53,929 nucleotides of DNA, filler included, from Jimgerdemannia flammicorona (GCA_003990765.1; 3 parts of 3 records of this genome joined end to end with filler, not necessarily neighbours in it), one strand, 5' to 3'. Shown: positions 39,001 to 52,122, numbered from the whole stretch's first letter. The notes: generated from the sequence alone by a model not told the origin. Program-made: numbers and translations.

Positions 39001-39227
39001 ATACCAATGTCCAGGCCCATCCCCACTCCCTCCAAAATGCCCCTGCTCTAACAGTCCTCAATGATCTGACCAAGGATAACATTTCACCTCCAGCAACTTT
39101 CAAACATCCAAGCTCCAGTAGCTGGCCATCAACATCCAGTCAATCCTCATCCCCAGGCCCTCTGCCCAGTACATATATACCCTCTTATCCCTCCAACACT
39201 CCCTACTAGCATCTATCAGAGCACTTA

Positions 39228-39268
<41 letters not shown>

Positions 39269-42200
39269 GTCACTTGGACTTCTTTATTCAGACTATCTAA
39301 AACACTATTACAATGATATTAACCACAACTGCTACAGTAATATATCATATTTAGTTAGGTTTAGTCACCCAACTCCTTTCTTCCATCTGATCTCATGCTC
39401 CTCCAATACCAGGTGCCCTCAGCTTTGCTGAATAATATCATGTATCTTCTGTAAGGCCTCTGGCTAAAGCCATCTCCCTGATACTACCACCCTTATACCA
39501 TCTCTTGAAGAAGCCCCTTCCACTACTCTACCAGCTCACCAATCTCTAGCCATGGGTCTTACTCAAACACCCATCTCCAATATACTGCCATCAGGACTCA
39601 GACCCCCAGGACTTGACCTAGGCCCCCCCAAATATCTCCTATCTCCTCTACCAGTTAGTGCTTGACCACCAGGCTGATAGGATCTCCAGTCCTTCTGCTA
39701 GCAGAGTGCCAGTAATCTTCCAAGCATTACCAGAACCCTTCTACATCAGGGCAGGCTGCCAGAACATGCTCTGGTGACTGAACCACTCTGCCATCTATCT
39801 CACTGTACCACTCACAGTCCTGATAGCCATCTACCTCCATCCATCTTGTCCAATACCCCAGCATCACATTCCTCCTCAGGAAATGCCACTATACAACCCA
39901 GTACTTGGGAGGTACCACCTTGAGCAAGATATCTCCCCATCTCCATATTCAGCTCCACTCCCAGCCTTCACCCAATCCTGCCTTCTGCCAATCTGCTGGC
40001 CATCTCTCCAGAGGGCCAGCTCTGATCCACTCCATCACCTCAACCAATGAGTACTCCTTCAGACTATAACCACCAATATAAAGGTCCCCCAATTGCCACC
40101 ATCTCTGCTCAGGATCCTCACCATCCTCCATCTCTGGTCCTACCAACCTCATGGCCAGCTAGGCCTCCACTATATCCCACCAGAATCCCTTATACTGTAG
40201 TCAACTGACATTTCCAACCTGAAGCAAATCCTGTATATTCTTCCAAATCTCACTATGGAGGCAGAACTGAATCCCCCAATTGTTCATCGCCAGCCTGCCC
40301 CAACCCCCTTCTCCTATCTCCACCAATTAACACCCCCACCAACCTCTAAGGACCCTTAGCCATCACCTAAAGTCCACCAACCCCAGGCCACTATCAGTTG
40401 TTCACATTACCAGTGCATCCTACCCAATCTGCAGCTGTTTCCTATGCCATAACCAGCCTTCCACAATCTTCTTCAGCTGCTGCACTACTTATTCTGGGAA
40501 GTCCAAGTGATACCCTAGATACTACAATTTAGGCAGCCAATATATATTCAAGACCACAATCCTGCTCATCAAGGAGAAACTCCTCCTAGACCAACCAGTC
40601 AAAGTACCTTCCAACTTCTGAATTGTGCTACTCTATCACTCCTTCAGCAGGACTGTCCCATATACTGAGAACCAAATATCTAGATATTCACAGTACTCCC
40701 AGTTGCCACCAATTGTCCAAATTGTCTATGTTCCCCCAGACCGGTACCAAGTTCCATTGTCTCACACTTACCCCAATTTAGTTTCACCCCTGCCAGTCTC
40801 TCATACTATTCAACCCCTTCCTGCAAGAGGTCCACATCCTCCATGCTACCCAACCCAACCACCATATCATCTGCAAATGCTCCCAGTTTCCATACTATAC
40901 CACTTATTCACAGTCTTGAAAGCTGCCCCTTCAGCCATACCAGCAATGGCTCCAGAGAGAGTATATAAAGGAGAGGGGAGAGAGAATTTCCTTATGGCAC
41001 ACTATGCCCCAAAGCAAACTCTGGGCCACTCCATCCATTCATCATAACTGCTGCTCTGCATCCTTATACCAAGCCCATTAATCTCCCTGTTTCTGCTGCT
41101 CTAAATCCAACCTTTCTCAGAACAGTCTCCAAGTAGATCTACCACACTCTATCATAGGCCTTCTCTTGGTCCAGAAAAACCATCCTACCATCTACCTGCT
41201 GGCTCCTATAGCTCTCTAAGACATTCTGCACCCAAGCTGTACTATCTCTGATCTGCTTTCCTTTGACAAAGCCTCACTACTCTTCACCAACCAGCATGCC
41301 AATATACTACTGCATCCTTTCTGCTAGAATCTTCGAGACCAGCTTTCTATCCACATTCAGCAGCATAATAGGTTGCCAATTCTACCATACCCACCAATCA
41401 CTCTTTTCCTTATATAGGAGGGAAACTAATCCCAAGGAATCATTGCTGATCCAGCTGCCCTCCTTCAGAACAAAGTTGGCCATCTCTACCAACCAGCTGC
41501 CAAACTCTGCCTTGAACTCCTTTCAGAATTCCCAGGGCAATCCATCCTTCCCAGGAGATGAATCAGCCTGTATCTTCTGCAATACCTCCAAAACTTCATC
41601 CAGAGATACTTCACCCATCACTGCCCCCCCTATCTCAGATACCGCTACTACTGGCCAAATGTCTACCATGTTGCCACCATCCTCCTCAGACATCACATTC
41701 TCTTCATGCTCCCCTCTATCCTGCCAGAGAGCCTGCCATTGGCCTGAGACCTCTCCCAATATATCGGCAATCCCTGTGACCTCCATTCTATCTTTGCACA
41801 GTATGGAGGCCCAACTGTATCATACCCTTCTGGCCTTCAAGATTCCAGACAGATATTTAGTTGGTCTCTTACCCTCCTCCAACCACCTCGCCTATAGTCT
41901 GGCAAGTAGACCATCTACTGCCCTATCCTTGGCAGCCCTCAATTCAGTCTGAAGCTCCACCACCTCTACTGCCAGCTAGTGGCACTTCTCCAAACAGGTT
42001 CCCCTCTTTCATTAGCTTCAATTGCCACCTCAGCCCCTTTTTGACCCTCCTTGCCTTATCCTTCTACTCCTTCCCAGCTACTTCACCAATATTCCTCCAA
42101 TAAGTACTAGTCAAATGTTTGAATTTATCCCACCATTCTGCTATTAACTGTCCATCATTCTACCACTATGTTACGTCCTATTGCACAATATCTACGAACT

Positions 42201-45200
42201 GATCTCTTTCCTTCTTCATCCTGAGTAAAGCCACATTAAGATGCCAGTGCCCACTACTACTATTTGCTACTTAAAATCTGCCACATACCTCCACTCCCCA
42301 ATAATCTGACCAAGGGCACCAATGTACTTCAGCAACATCCAGTATATTACTCCAACACTCAGCTACCAGCACCCAATCAATTCATGTCCTAACCAATTTG
42401 TCTCCTACTAGGTGCTACTGGGTGAATAGTCCTGACTCATCTCCCTGATACTGATAGATACCATCCACCAGTCCTATATCACACTCTACCTAAAGCCACT
42501 GAGACAGCCCAGAGGAAACCACTACTCCTGTCCCTCCATCTGACCTGTCCAGTATCTGATTATGCACTATATTGAAATCCCCCCCAGAATGTTCAGCACT
42601 ACCACCTTCCGACCTTCCTAAGCCCACTAGTCCTCAACCCATTGCTTTTACTCTCTGCTAACTACAGGGAGATAAACCAATCCTACTGCTAGACCATCAC
42701 CTACCCCTTCTTTTAGTCTTTCCTACAACAATCTATCACCATAAACCTCAACCTCTACCAGCTCACCTTTACCAATACCAACCAGGATGCCCACCTGCTT
42801 GTTCCAATCCATACCACCATACCATTCTTTACTCTACATCTCAAAGTCCCACTCTCTATATATCCAAACATCCTGAAGGAACACAATATCATATCTTCTG
42901 ACTTTAAGCCATCAAAACAGTCTCTGCCTCTTAATATCATCCTACAACCTATTGACATTGATTGATAATATGTGTAAACTGTTCATCATTATCAAAGAAA
43001 TGTTTAAAGCTCAGCTGGGATCACCACTACTTTCTCAGCCCTTCCTCTAATGATCTCTTGCTGGTCCTTACAAATCACCCTCTAGATTCAATTACCATTT
43101 GTGCTGCTGCAGAAAAGGTCCACTCTTTCTGCTGCTACCTTTCTTATATCTGCCATCCTGCTCTCATCAACATCATATCCTTCATCATCTAGAAGAGCTG
43201 CAACCATTGCTGTCACCAGCTTAGGCCTCTATATTGCAATATTGAGAAATCCCTCCCATGTCTCCTGAGATCCATGAAATATGTCCACTTCCTTGATGTC
43301 TTCCTCAGTAAGTTCCTCAAGTACCACCTGATACCAGCTCTCTGCCATCATCACCAGGGGCCCAGGAGTCAATGGCCTGGGGGTTCTGCTCAGCTCCTAC
43401 AGTTGCTCTCTATCTGTCAACACATCTGAAGCCATATCCACTAGCTCATCCTCCTCTAAAACCTTCTCCAAATGAACCACCTCACCAGCCTCAGGGCACT
43501 CTCAATGAACATTCACTGCCCCAGCCATATGGGTGTCGTCAACCTATATCTCTGGCACTACTTTGATATCTGTCTCAAAGCTTCCTTCTCTCACCTCCTC
43601 CTTATCTGCCCATTTTCCTCTCATTAGTGCATGTGCTGAGCTCTCCACACCACCCAGCTGGGAGAAAGACACCTCTACCACTTCCACACCCTCCATCTGA
43701 TTCTTAGCCTCCTCTACTCTTACCTCCTCTTCCACTGTCACCCCCTGAAGGGCCATCTGCAGACACTCCCAATTTTCTTTCCTCCATCTCTTCTGCTTGC
43801 CATCTGTCTGAATCCAGACCCAATCCTTGGCAAACTCCTCTCACTTCCTCTTTCACAACTCCTTGGTAGCCTCTCTCTCTTCCAGAGCAATTACCAACTC
43901 TTCCTCCTCTTGTTCTGTCCTCTTCCTCCTCTACACCTTGCACTCCTGTCCTCCAACTCAAATCTCCTCAGGCCAATCTTGTCCCAGACCAGTCACCTCT
44001 ACCACTATCTCCTTGGTCTCCTGTCTGCCCAATGTCAGCAAACCCTCTACCACCAGTTGAACAGCTTGTGGGTCCCACCTCAAATACCTCACTATCTCAA
44101 TCCTGACACCCTTGACCACTATCCCTTTTTCCAGTGCCTTCACCATTGCATCCTCCTCCACAAATCCAATCTCCACTACCTCCGCTGAAGAGATGAACTT
44201 CAAGGATTCTGCCCCTGCCACTTCCTCCCCCACCAGTCTCAGAACCTCTCTAGCTAATATCACCAATCCTAAGAAATTTGCCAAAACTGTCCATATCGAT
44301 ACTGATTTATAAAAGAAAGGCCTCACTATCAACTTGTCTGTCCCAGCCACTAGGGTCACCTTCCCCTTAATTTCAGAAATATCAGCAGTTGCCTCACCCA
44401 TCATAGCTATGCCACCAGCAGTCCTCTCCCCAGCCACCAGCCCAGCCACAGAAGAACCAGTCCCCAGCATCACACCACCAGACCCCTGTCCTCTTCCAGC
44501 CACCTGACCTATCACCTGACCCATCACCTGATCCCTTCCCCTGTCAACACTATACCCCCCCTGCCCCACCCTCAAGACCTGGCCACAGCCCTCCTACTTC
44601 TAACCACAGTACACCAAGCCTTGATTCCACCAGTCCTCCCCTGGCCACCAGCCCCTCCTGCAGCCATACCAGCCCCTGCAACTGCTGCAAAGCTCTTGGA
44701 AATACCCAGACCAGGCCTCCTTCTCTCCAGATGCTCAGAGCTAGAGGAACCTTGACTAGCCATGTTGCCAAAACTTGATGGTTTTCTCTGAAACTTATTG
44801 TGCCTTATAGATAGACTCCTGCTGCATGATGTACATCAGTTTGTTTGAAATAAAAACTTGAAAATATGTTGTCTTTTGCTGAAAGGTGCTTGTGTGGCTT
44901 AGCTCACTCTGTGTAGTTTGAGCAAAAGAAGTCCTCTACCATCACCAGAGCACTTAGCCTTTCCACTTCCTCTCATGCCACTAGCCCTCCACTCCTACTC
45001 TCAGCTCTCTATCCTCCATCAGTTCTATCCATCAGTACATCTCAGACCATATTGAAGTCTCTACCAAGCACATCTACCCCAGCCTCTGCAAGGACCCCAC
45101 TCTCCTGGAGACCCTTCACCCAATCCACATGCTCACTCTATACAGCAGGGCAGTAACAGGAGTCTACTGTGACCAGCTCTCAATCTGTACATATTCACTC

Positions 45201-47500
45201 TCTTCAGACCAATCTATCTCTCCAGCTTCTCATATCCCATACCTCTCCTCTGCCTTTCCAGACCAGAATTCCAATCTTGCCCTTTCAAACTACCTCACCT
45301 CCCCATTCCTTTGTCCATTTCAGCCTATCCAAATCATTCTCACACCCAACATCCTACAAGAGGAAGAGATCAGCCTCCAATCCCATTAGCCAAGTAAAAA
45401 TCTTCCTATATCTAGAAGTACTCTATAACCTATTCACATTCAGAGAGAAAATGTTAGTTATACTATTCATAATGAAATATAGTGTGTTATCCAGTCCATC
45501 TCTACTGCTCTATGTTCATCTCTTCCTGTGCTATATCCAGATTATGTTTTGCAGTCACTGCCTCCTCTTCAGCCCTCTGAGTCTCCAATCCAGTCAATAG
45601 CTCATTCATCTCTCCATCTGCCTTCTCCTCAAACTCCTCCTGGTACTCCAGACAGGCCTCCTGCTAGAGTTGTAATCTATGATGCTTGGTCCAGCAGTAT
45701 TTAGCCCTCTCACTAGCATCACTTATTAGCTCTGCCTCCCACTTCTTATCCACCTCATACCCTTCCTCCTCCAGATATACTATAAGGATTTCTGCCTTTA
45801 ATGCCAACACTACTCTATCTCCCTGCAGGATCTGTACCCAATGCTCATCACTCATTACTCTCAAGTCCACCTCCCTTAACTCTTCAGCCACCAGATTATT
45901 CATCATCCTACACATCCAAAGTAGGTTCCTCACCTCCTTCTCTCCAGGAGTCACTGGTCTCCCTCTATCCAGCATTGTGGTATGCTCTAGTACTCACAGA
46001 CTCATCTCACACCTCTGGGATATCTACTAGTTCCTCCTCTCCAACCACCACCACATATCCCCTGTTCACTACCTCAGAAACTCCAAATTGCACTTACTGG
46101 GCCCCCCACATTGGCACATCCTCTACCACCTTGCTTTGGGAAGTCAGACCTCACCTGATAAGAGGAGTAGGAGTAGACAAGTCCTCCCAGTCCTCCTCCC
46201 AGACCTCAAATATACCATCAGCATATAGGTCATTGCCAGTTATCTTCCTGTCCTCTCCTGTCCCCTTCTCTGCACTCCCACAGTCCAGACACTTGCTTTG
46301 GCACCCCCCACCTCTACCATTCTACCCACATCCTTCTGTGGTCTACCTTCTAGCTTAGCTAGCAGCTCCTTCTGTCTCTTATGTTCCTGAGCTCTTTCCC
46401 ACTATCTCTTGTCTACTCAAATCTACTTCTCATCTACTACCTTCAAGTATATCAACTCTACAAATGTCTTTCAAGCCTTTGTCCACTACCACTCAACTCT
46501 TTCAGCACTTCCAACAAGTTCTCTTCCTCCTCCTCACTCCCCTTCACCCTTATCACCTTGTACAAGATTGCCCTCCAGACCATCACCAAAGGTCAGTCCC
46601 TTGTCTTCCTGATAGCTTCCTTTTCTGACAGCCAAATCTATACATCAATATCCCCAGTCCTGAGCAAGATCCCTTTCCAGATCCTGAAACTGATATCCAC
46701 CACCTTGCTATACTCCACCATAACCTCCTCAACTCTCCTTCTCATCTCCACTACCATTATCATGGGTACTCCTTTTACCAGCAGTTATACCACCCTGGGA
46801 TCTTATCTCAGGCAATATATCATAGGGACACATACCTCCCCAACAGTCAATCCAATCTTCAGCACCTCCTCTAAAGGCCTAGCCTCCTCAAAGCCCACCT
46901 CCACTCTCTCTAATCCCTTCAGGAACTTTACTGACACTGCCCCAGCCACCTGCTTAGTGATAAGCCTCAGTACTATTTTCACTATTACTGCTAGGCCCTA
47001 GAAGCACAATGTAACCACAAATGCTAAGATTAATTTTTTGAGTAACAGGGCCACCACTAGGTCTATTACACTATCTGCCAAATCTCCCTGCCCTCCAAGC
47101 CCCAGTCACCCAGCTATACCATTAGCAGTTATATATGGATTTTTTCCAGATTAGCAGTCTCATTACTATCAGCTATTATGCCACTACACCCCCAGCTCTA
47201 CTGCCCCTACTGCCAAGGGCTACTCTCCTATGTACTGTCACCTTCTTCATCTCCTTGCCTTTTCTCAGCCATCTCTCTAGCCCAGACACCTGCTGTCTCT
47301 CCTTTACTATCTTTACAAAGCTCATCCTCTCTGACCTCTGTCCTCTACTACTATCTCCTCTCCTTCCATATCTTCCTGCCAGCAGCCCCCTCATACCCCC
47401 CCCCCAGGCCAGGACCTCTCCCCACATACTGCCAGTTGAATGTGCTTAGGCCACCCTGCCCAGTACACATCTCAGATTACCTATCAGTCAACATATTATT
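36024..47500 (-). mobile_element. L1/Tx1-like LINE, copy 1, split by nested LINE
   Basis: Poly(T) at 36024. Minus-strand RT motifs GDPLSP (~37740) and GAFADN (~37630); endonuclease PWSDH (~39065), resuming after 44960 with DFNMV and FSLNVN; ORF1 with a Cys knuckle KCLDCG (~46285). 5' end approximate. Confidence 0.8.
39231..44943 (-). mobile_element. Full-length decayed L1/Tx1-like LINE, copy 2
   Basis: 36-nt poly(T) at 39231-39266; 16-bp TSD AYCAGAGCACTTAGCC (39215-39230, 44944-44959); ORF1 from 44763; ORF2 motifs LSINVN, GDFN, SPGKDGLPWEF, LDQEKAYDRV, GAFADD. Confidence 0.9.
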
Positions 47501-48505
47501 TGTCTCTTTTCTCCAAAAATAATATTATAAGTACTTTCCAAAGGTTGTATAACCTGAATGGTACTGGAGAAAGATATGAACATTATCTACATCTATATCT
47601 AAGTTATATACTTTTGTGCTAATAAAAAGCAATAATATAAATAAAGTATATATTAATATAGCCAATAATAATAATATATATCTAATAGATTTAGATATTA
47701 TATAATATATAACAGTCTACTGAGAATAATTCTCTATATATAAGTTCTTTGAGTATCTAGTACCAATCAAATTAGGTAATAACAATATTATATATGGTCA
47801 AGAAAGTAGAAATATCAGTATATATCTCTATAAAAATATCACAAAGTCTACTGGTACTTTTCAGGATATACTATATACTTTAAAAATAGAAAAAAATCTC
47901 TTTTCAATTTACAAAACGATGGCCTACAGTGATAAAAGGATACATATATACCTAATAGAAGCAATAGTATATGGTTTAAAGAATGATAAGGAGATTATAA
48001 TAGTATCAAAATGAGATAATCTTTATATGATCAATGGTATGTCAAGTAGTATAAAAACCTCTGTGTATATGTCAACTATATCTGATATATTCAATATATA
48101 GCATCAATATTTAGGATATATATATAGACAAATTAAGTCTAAAAAAAATAATAAGAAATAGTTTAGTGAGAGGATTACTGACAATATATATCCTAATAAC
48201 AACTTTTGCAAAAATTATATAACAAATAAAGCATTCTGATATCTATTTAAAAAATGAATGAAATATGTATCTAGTATACTTAATTTAATCTATACAGATA
48301 TATATAGTCTGATATATACTACTTCTTATAGAGAGAAGAGATATTTCATCATATTTATTAATAATTATATATATGAAGCATATATATATTTCTTATTAAT
48401 AAAGAATGAAGTCTTGGAAAAATTCAAAAAGTTTAAAGTAATTATAGAGAATGAAATAGAATGTAGAATATATACTATATACTCAGATAATAGACATAAA
48501 TATAT

Positions 48506-50053
48506 TATAATGGTGACCTCAGAATGATGACATAAGCACAAGAGATAGCAATTTCTTATAAGCTACCAGATCAGAGCACAAGAAGATTATACAGCATAAC
48601 TCACCCAGACTATAAGATGAGCTATAATGACTAACTATGAGTCATTGTGACTACAGCATAGGTATTTTGAGGAATATAAAAAAAGGATCAAGGAACTACA
48701 GTAGCAGCAACTCAATAAGACCTACCAATTTCAAAATAGCTCAAAAACTTACTATAAACAAAATGCCTGCTGCTTGCCAAACCTCAAGGTCAAGAAATCA
48801 CCAAGACATCTCAGTTGAAGAAAGAATATTCCAAGATATCTGGAGAGCCATGAGGACCTATACAAGAAGGACTCCTAGCCTTAATCTGGGTACCAGGGAT
48901 CCTTATTACTTTATTCTCTACTATTGTAAAATGGAAACAAGGATCACTATTGCTACCAAATACCTCCAAATATAGCAGGAGTACAAAATAGGAAATATTC
49001 TCTACTGGGAGTTCCTACAGGCCAGCCCTCAAGAGTTACAAGATACTACTCCCATGGATATATGTAAAATAAGGACAGCTAAGAAGATTCATCAGATCTT
49101 CAGACATACACCATGGTTGATCCCTAACTTAGAGTATGTTAGAGTCTCAGACTTCAGAGATCTGTCAGCCTGCCATATCAATATACTAGAAGCCAGAGTG
49201 GCTACAGAAGCCCAGTCCACTATCACCCTCAATGGTGATGAAGTAGAAGACTTCTGACATCCTATTTTTCAGGACAACCCAGATCAATTCCTACAAAGAT
49301 TGATCTCAGTATTCCAAGACCCAAAAATCCAGGTTAGACCTCTCCAAGACTCCATATTTGTTCCTTATTTTGTAGAAAAGAACCTCATAAATTGAAGAGC
49401 TTCTGATTTCCCTACTGCTAAATATGATGACATTATCAGTAATGATGTCATCCCACATAACATATGTAAAATATATGATAAAATATTTGCAGAACTCATC
49501 TCCTTCAGCAATGACAAAGATGAAGCCCCATAGTCCTGAACATTCTGCTCTAAGTCTCTTGATTATACTGAATTATACCAGCACTCTTTTTTTATATAAC
49601 AGCTATTTCTCTACTGGTACATATTCTGATCTTGTGTGATTTAAAATTATTTCAGTACTCTTTTCCTATATTACTAAAATTATACCAGTATTCTAAACCT
49701 GTGTGACCATCTGTACTGACACTGGAACTTGGCAGTTTTCTGTATTTTATTTGGTTATTGGAATTTATATTTAGCCTTATATCTTAGCAATCATTGAATT
49801 ATATTTTGTATAAATATCCCTCTTACATATTTCCTTTGAAATAAAGTCAGTCTACTCAGTACAATACATATAATTCCTTGCAAGCAATCTAAAGAGATAA
49901 TAAGATAGTTTAAAGATAAGAAGTTTGAGGACTATAAGACCTTGAGAAGACACTCTAATAAGAACTTGCTTATAACAAACTTGAGTTAGTCTAAGAGATA
50001 TACCTTGAAGAGAATCTGATATATTTGAAATACTCAGCAACCACTATGTAATA
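48506..50053 (+). mobile_element. Solo LTR (family A, 1548 bp, uninterrupted)
   Basis: TSD ATAT at 48502-48505 and 50054-50057; colinear with 135-3142; removal restores the copia reading frame. Confidence 0.88.
48763..49553 (+). pseudogene. LTR-encoded accessory ORF (family A, copy 2; ancestral ~260 aa)
   Basis: MPAACQTSR...IFQDIWRAM...DPYYF...YKIGNIL...AKKIHQIF...VSDFRDLS...; essentially one frame with isolated transition-type stops. Confidence 0.75.
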
Positions 50054-50683
50054 ATATCAATAGTATATCCAAGCAGTACTTGAGAAAACAAAGTATACAC
50101 TATCAGATAATAGTGCTATATATACTATAGCAGAATAGTATAACTAAGTGATTTAACCATACAACTATAGAAATAGTATATATAATAATTAATACAGCTA
50201 GATTATCATATTCTTATTAGATCAAAGTCATTAATATAGTAGTATATATATATAACTGACATGTATCTCAAACATTGAGCAAGAAAGCTGATAATAATAA
50301 TAAGTAATTTAGAAATAATTATAATCTTACTTCTGAGTAGAACAAAGCCAGATATATTATATCTATATATATTTAGATATAATATATATATTCTTAATAA
50401 GAGCAATGATAATCAGTATAAGTTTAAGCTAAAAGTCAATAAGTATATATTTCTTCAGTATTTCAGTAAGATATATTGAGTTTGGAATCTATACAAATAT
50501 TATATAGTAATCTCATATAATATATAGTTTAATAAAAAATAAAAATCAGAAATCTCATATAGATATATTTATTAGAACCTCTACTTCAACCTCTACTTCA
50601 ACATCTATATCTCAACAAGTATAATATCTAATATCAATCTCTCTAATACATAAAGCAAAATTATTTTCAATTGTTATATATAC

Positions 50684-51859
50684 TGTAATAGTAATCTCAA
50701 AATAGTAACATTATCACAGAAGATAGCCTTTTCTTACAAGCTACCAGATTGAAGTATAAAAAGATTATATAGTATGACTCATCCAAGCTACAAGATGAGT
50801 AATGATGACTAACCATGAGTCATTATAACTATAAGATAGATATCTTAAGGAATATAAAAGAAAGACTAAGGAACCACAGTAGTAGTAACTCAAACAAGAC
50901 TTACAAAATCCTGAAATAGTTCAAAGACTCACTATAAACAAAATGCTTATTATCTACCAAACCTCAAGGTTTAGAAACTACCAAAAATTCTCAGTCTAAG
51001 AAAGGATGTTCCAAGACATTAGGAGAGCTATGAGGACCTATACTAGAAGGACTCCTAGTCTTAACCTGGGTACTGGTGACTCTTATTACTTTATCCTCTA
51101 CTATTATGAAATGGAAATAAAGATCACTATTACTACTGAATACCTCTGGATTTGACAGGTATACAAAATAAGAAACCTCCTCTATCAGGAATTCTATTAG
51201 GCCAGTTCCCAAGAGATATAAGATACTACTTCTATGGATATATGCGAATTGAGAGTAGTCAAAAAGATCTATCAGATCTTTAGGTATATACTTTGGTCAA
51301 TCCCCAACTTGGAGTATATCAGAGTCTCTGATTTCAAGGAATTGTCAGCCTGCCATACAGATGTACTAGAGGCCATGGTGACCACAGAAGTCCAATCCAC
51401 TATTATTCTCAAAAGTAATGAAGTAGAAGAGTTCTGGAATCCCATTCTCTAGGACAATCCTGATTAATTTCTGCAAGAATTAATCTCAGTATTCCAAGGC
51501 CCCAGTATCTAGATTAGATCCTCTCAAGATCCCACCTTTGTCTCCTACTTTGTAGAAGATAATCTCATAGATTGGAGAACCTCTGATCTCCTTACTCTCC
51601 TCTCTGCTACTACTAAATGTGATGTCATCTCACTAATTGAAATGTACAACATATACAAAACATATAAAATATGGAAAATAGATAAAATATTTGCTGACCT
51701 CATTTTCTTCAAGGACATTCTGACCTCTAGCCTTAATGATAGTAATGAAGATGAAGCCTCTAGAATTCTGAACATTCTGCTCTGAGTTCTTTATATAATT
51801 ATTAGAAATTATTCCAATATTCTGATCTTGTATAACCAATTATACAGACACTCAAATTT
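50684..51859 (+). mobile_element. Family A LTR, copy 3, with decayed accessory ORF (50943-~51785); cut by Ngaro/DIRS-like element
   Basis: Starts TGTAATAGT; colinear with 48506-~49730; fragment MDICELRVVKKIYQIFRY...VSDFKELS. Confidence 0.82.
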
Positions 51860-52122
51860 ATACTTACAATGAGGGGGCTCGCTCGAGACCACAGGTCAAT
51901 GAATGCAGGAAGGTCTTGGGCGTATAGCGCCCAAAATGTTTCAACGCCGTTGTTTGTCTAAGGCGTGTCTAAATCAGGCGTAGTCTTTCCTTTTTTGGTA
52001 CTAGCGCGGTAGGCGCATTACTTTTATATGTAATTCTACCATTCACCCAACATTACTTAGTACGCGCTTTACACTTACGCTTTTGCGCTTCCGTACATTC
52101 GTACACATTTCATTATATTACC

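Larger units (their letters stand above)
47520..50683 (+). mobile_element. Decayed Ty1/copia remnant, related to 30120-32185
   Basis: IKLGNNNIIY, LIYTDI...RYFIIFINNY...EKFKKFK...YSDN. After removing 48506-50053 the frame continues KYIN...QNSITK*FNHTTIE (copia integrase). Confidence 0.8.

Noticed and set aside
36520..47622. Numerous Ser/Pro/Leu-rich plus-strand ORFs
   Set aside because: Antisense frames of decayed purine-rich LINE ORFs.
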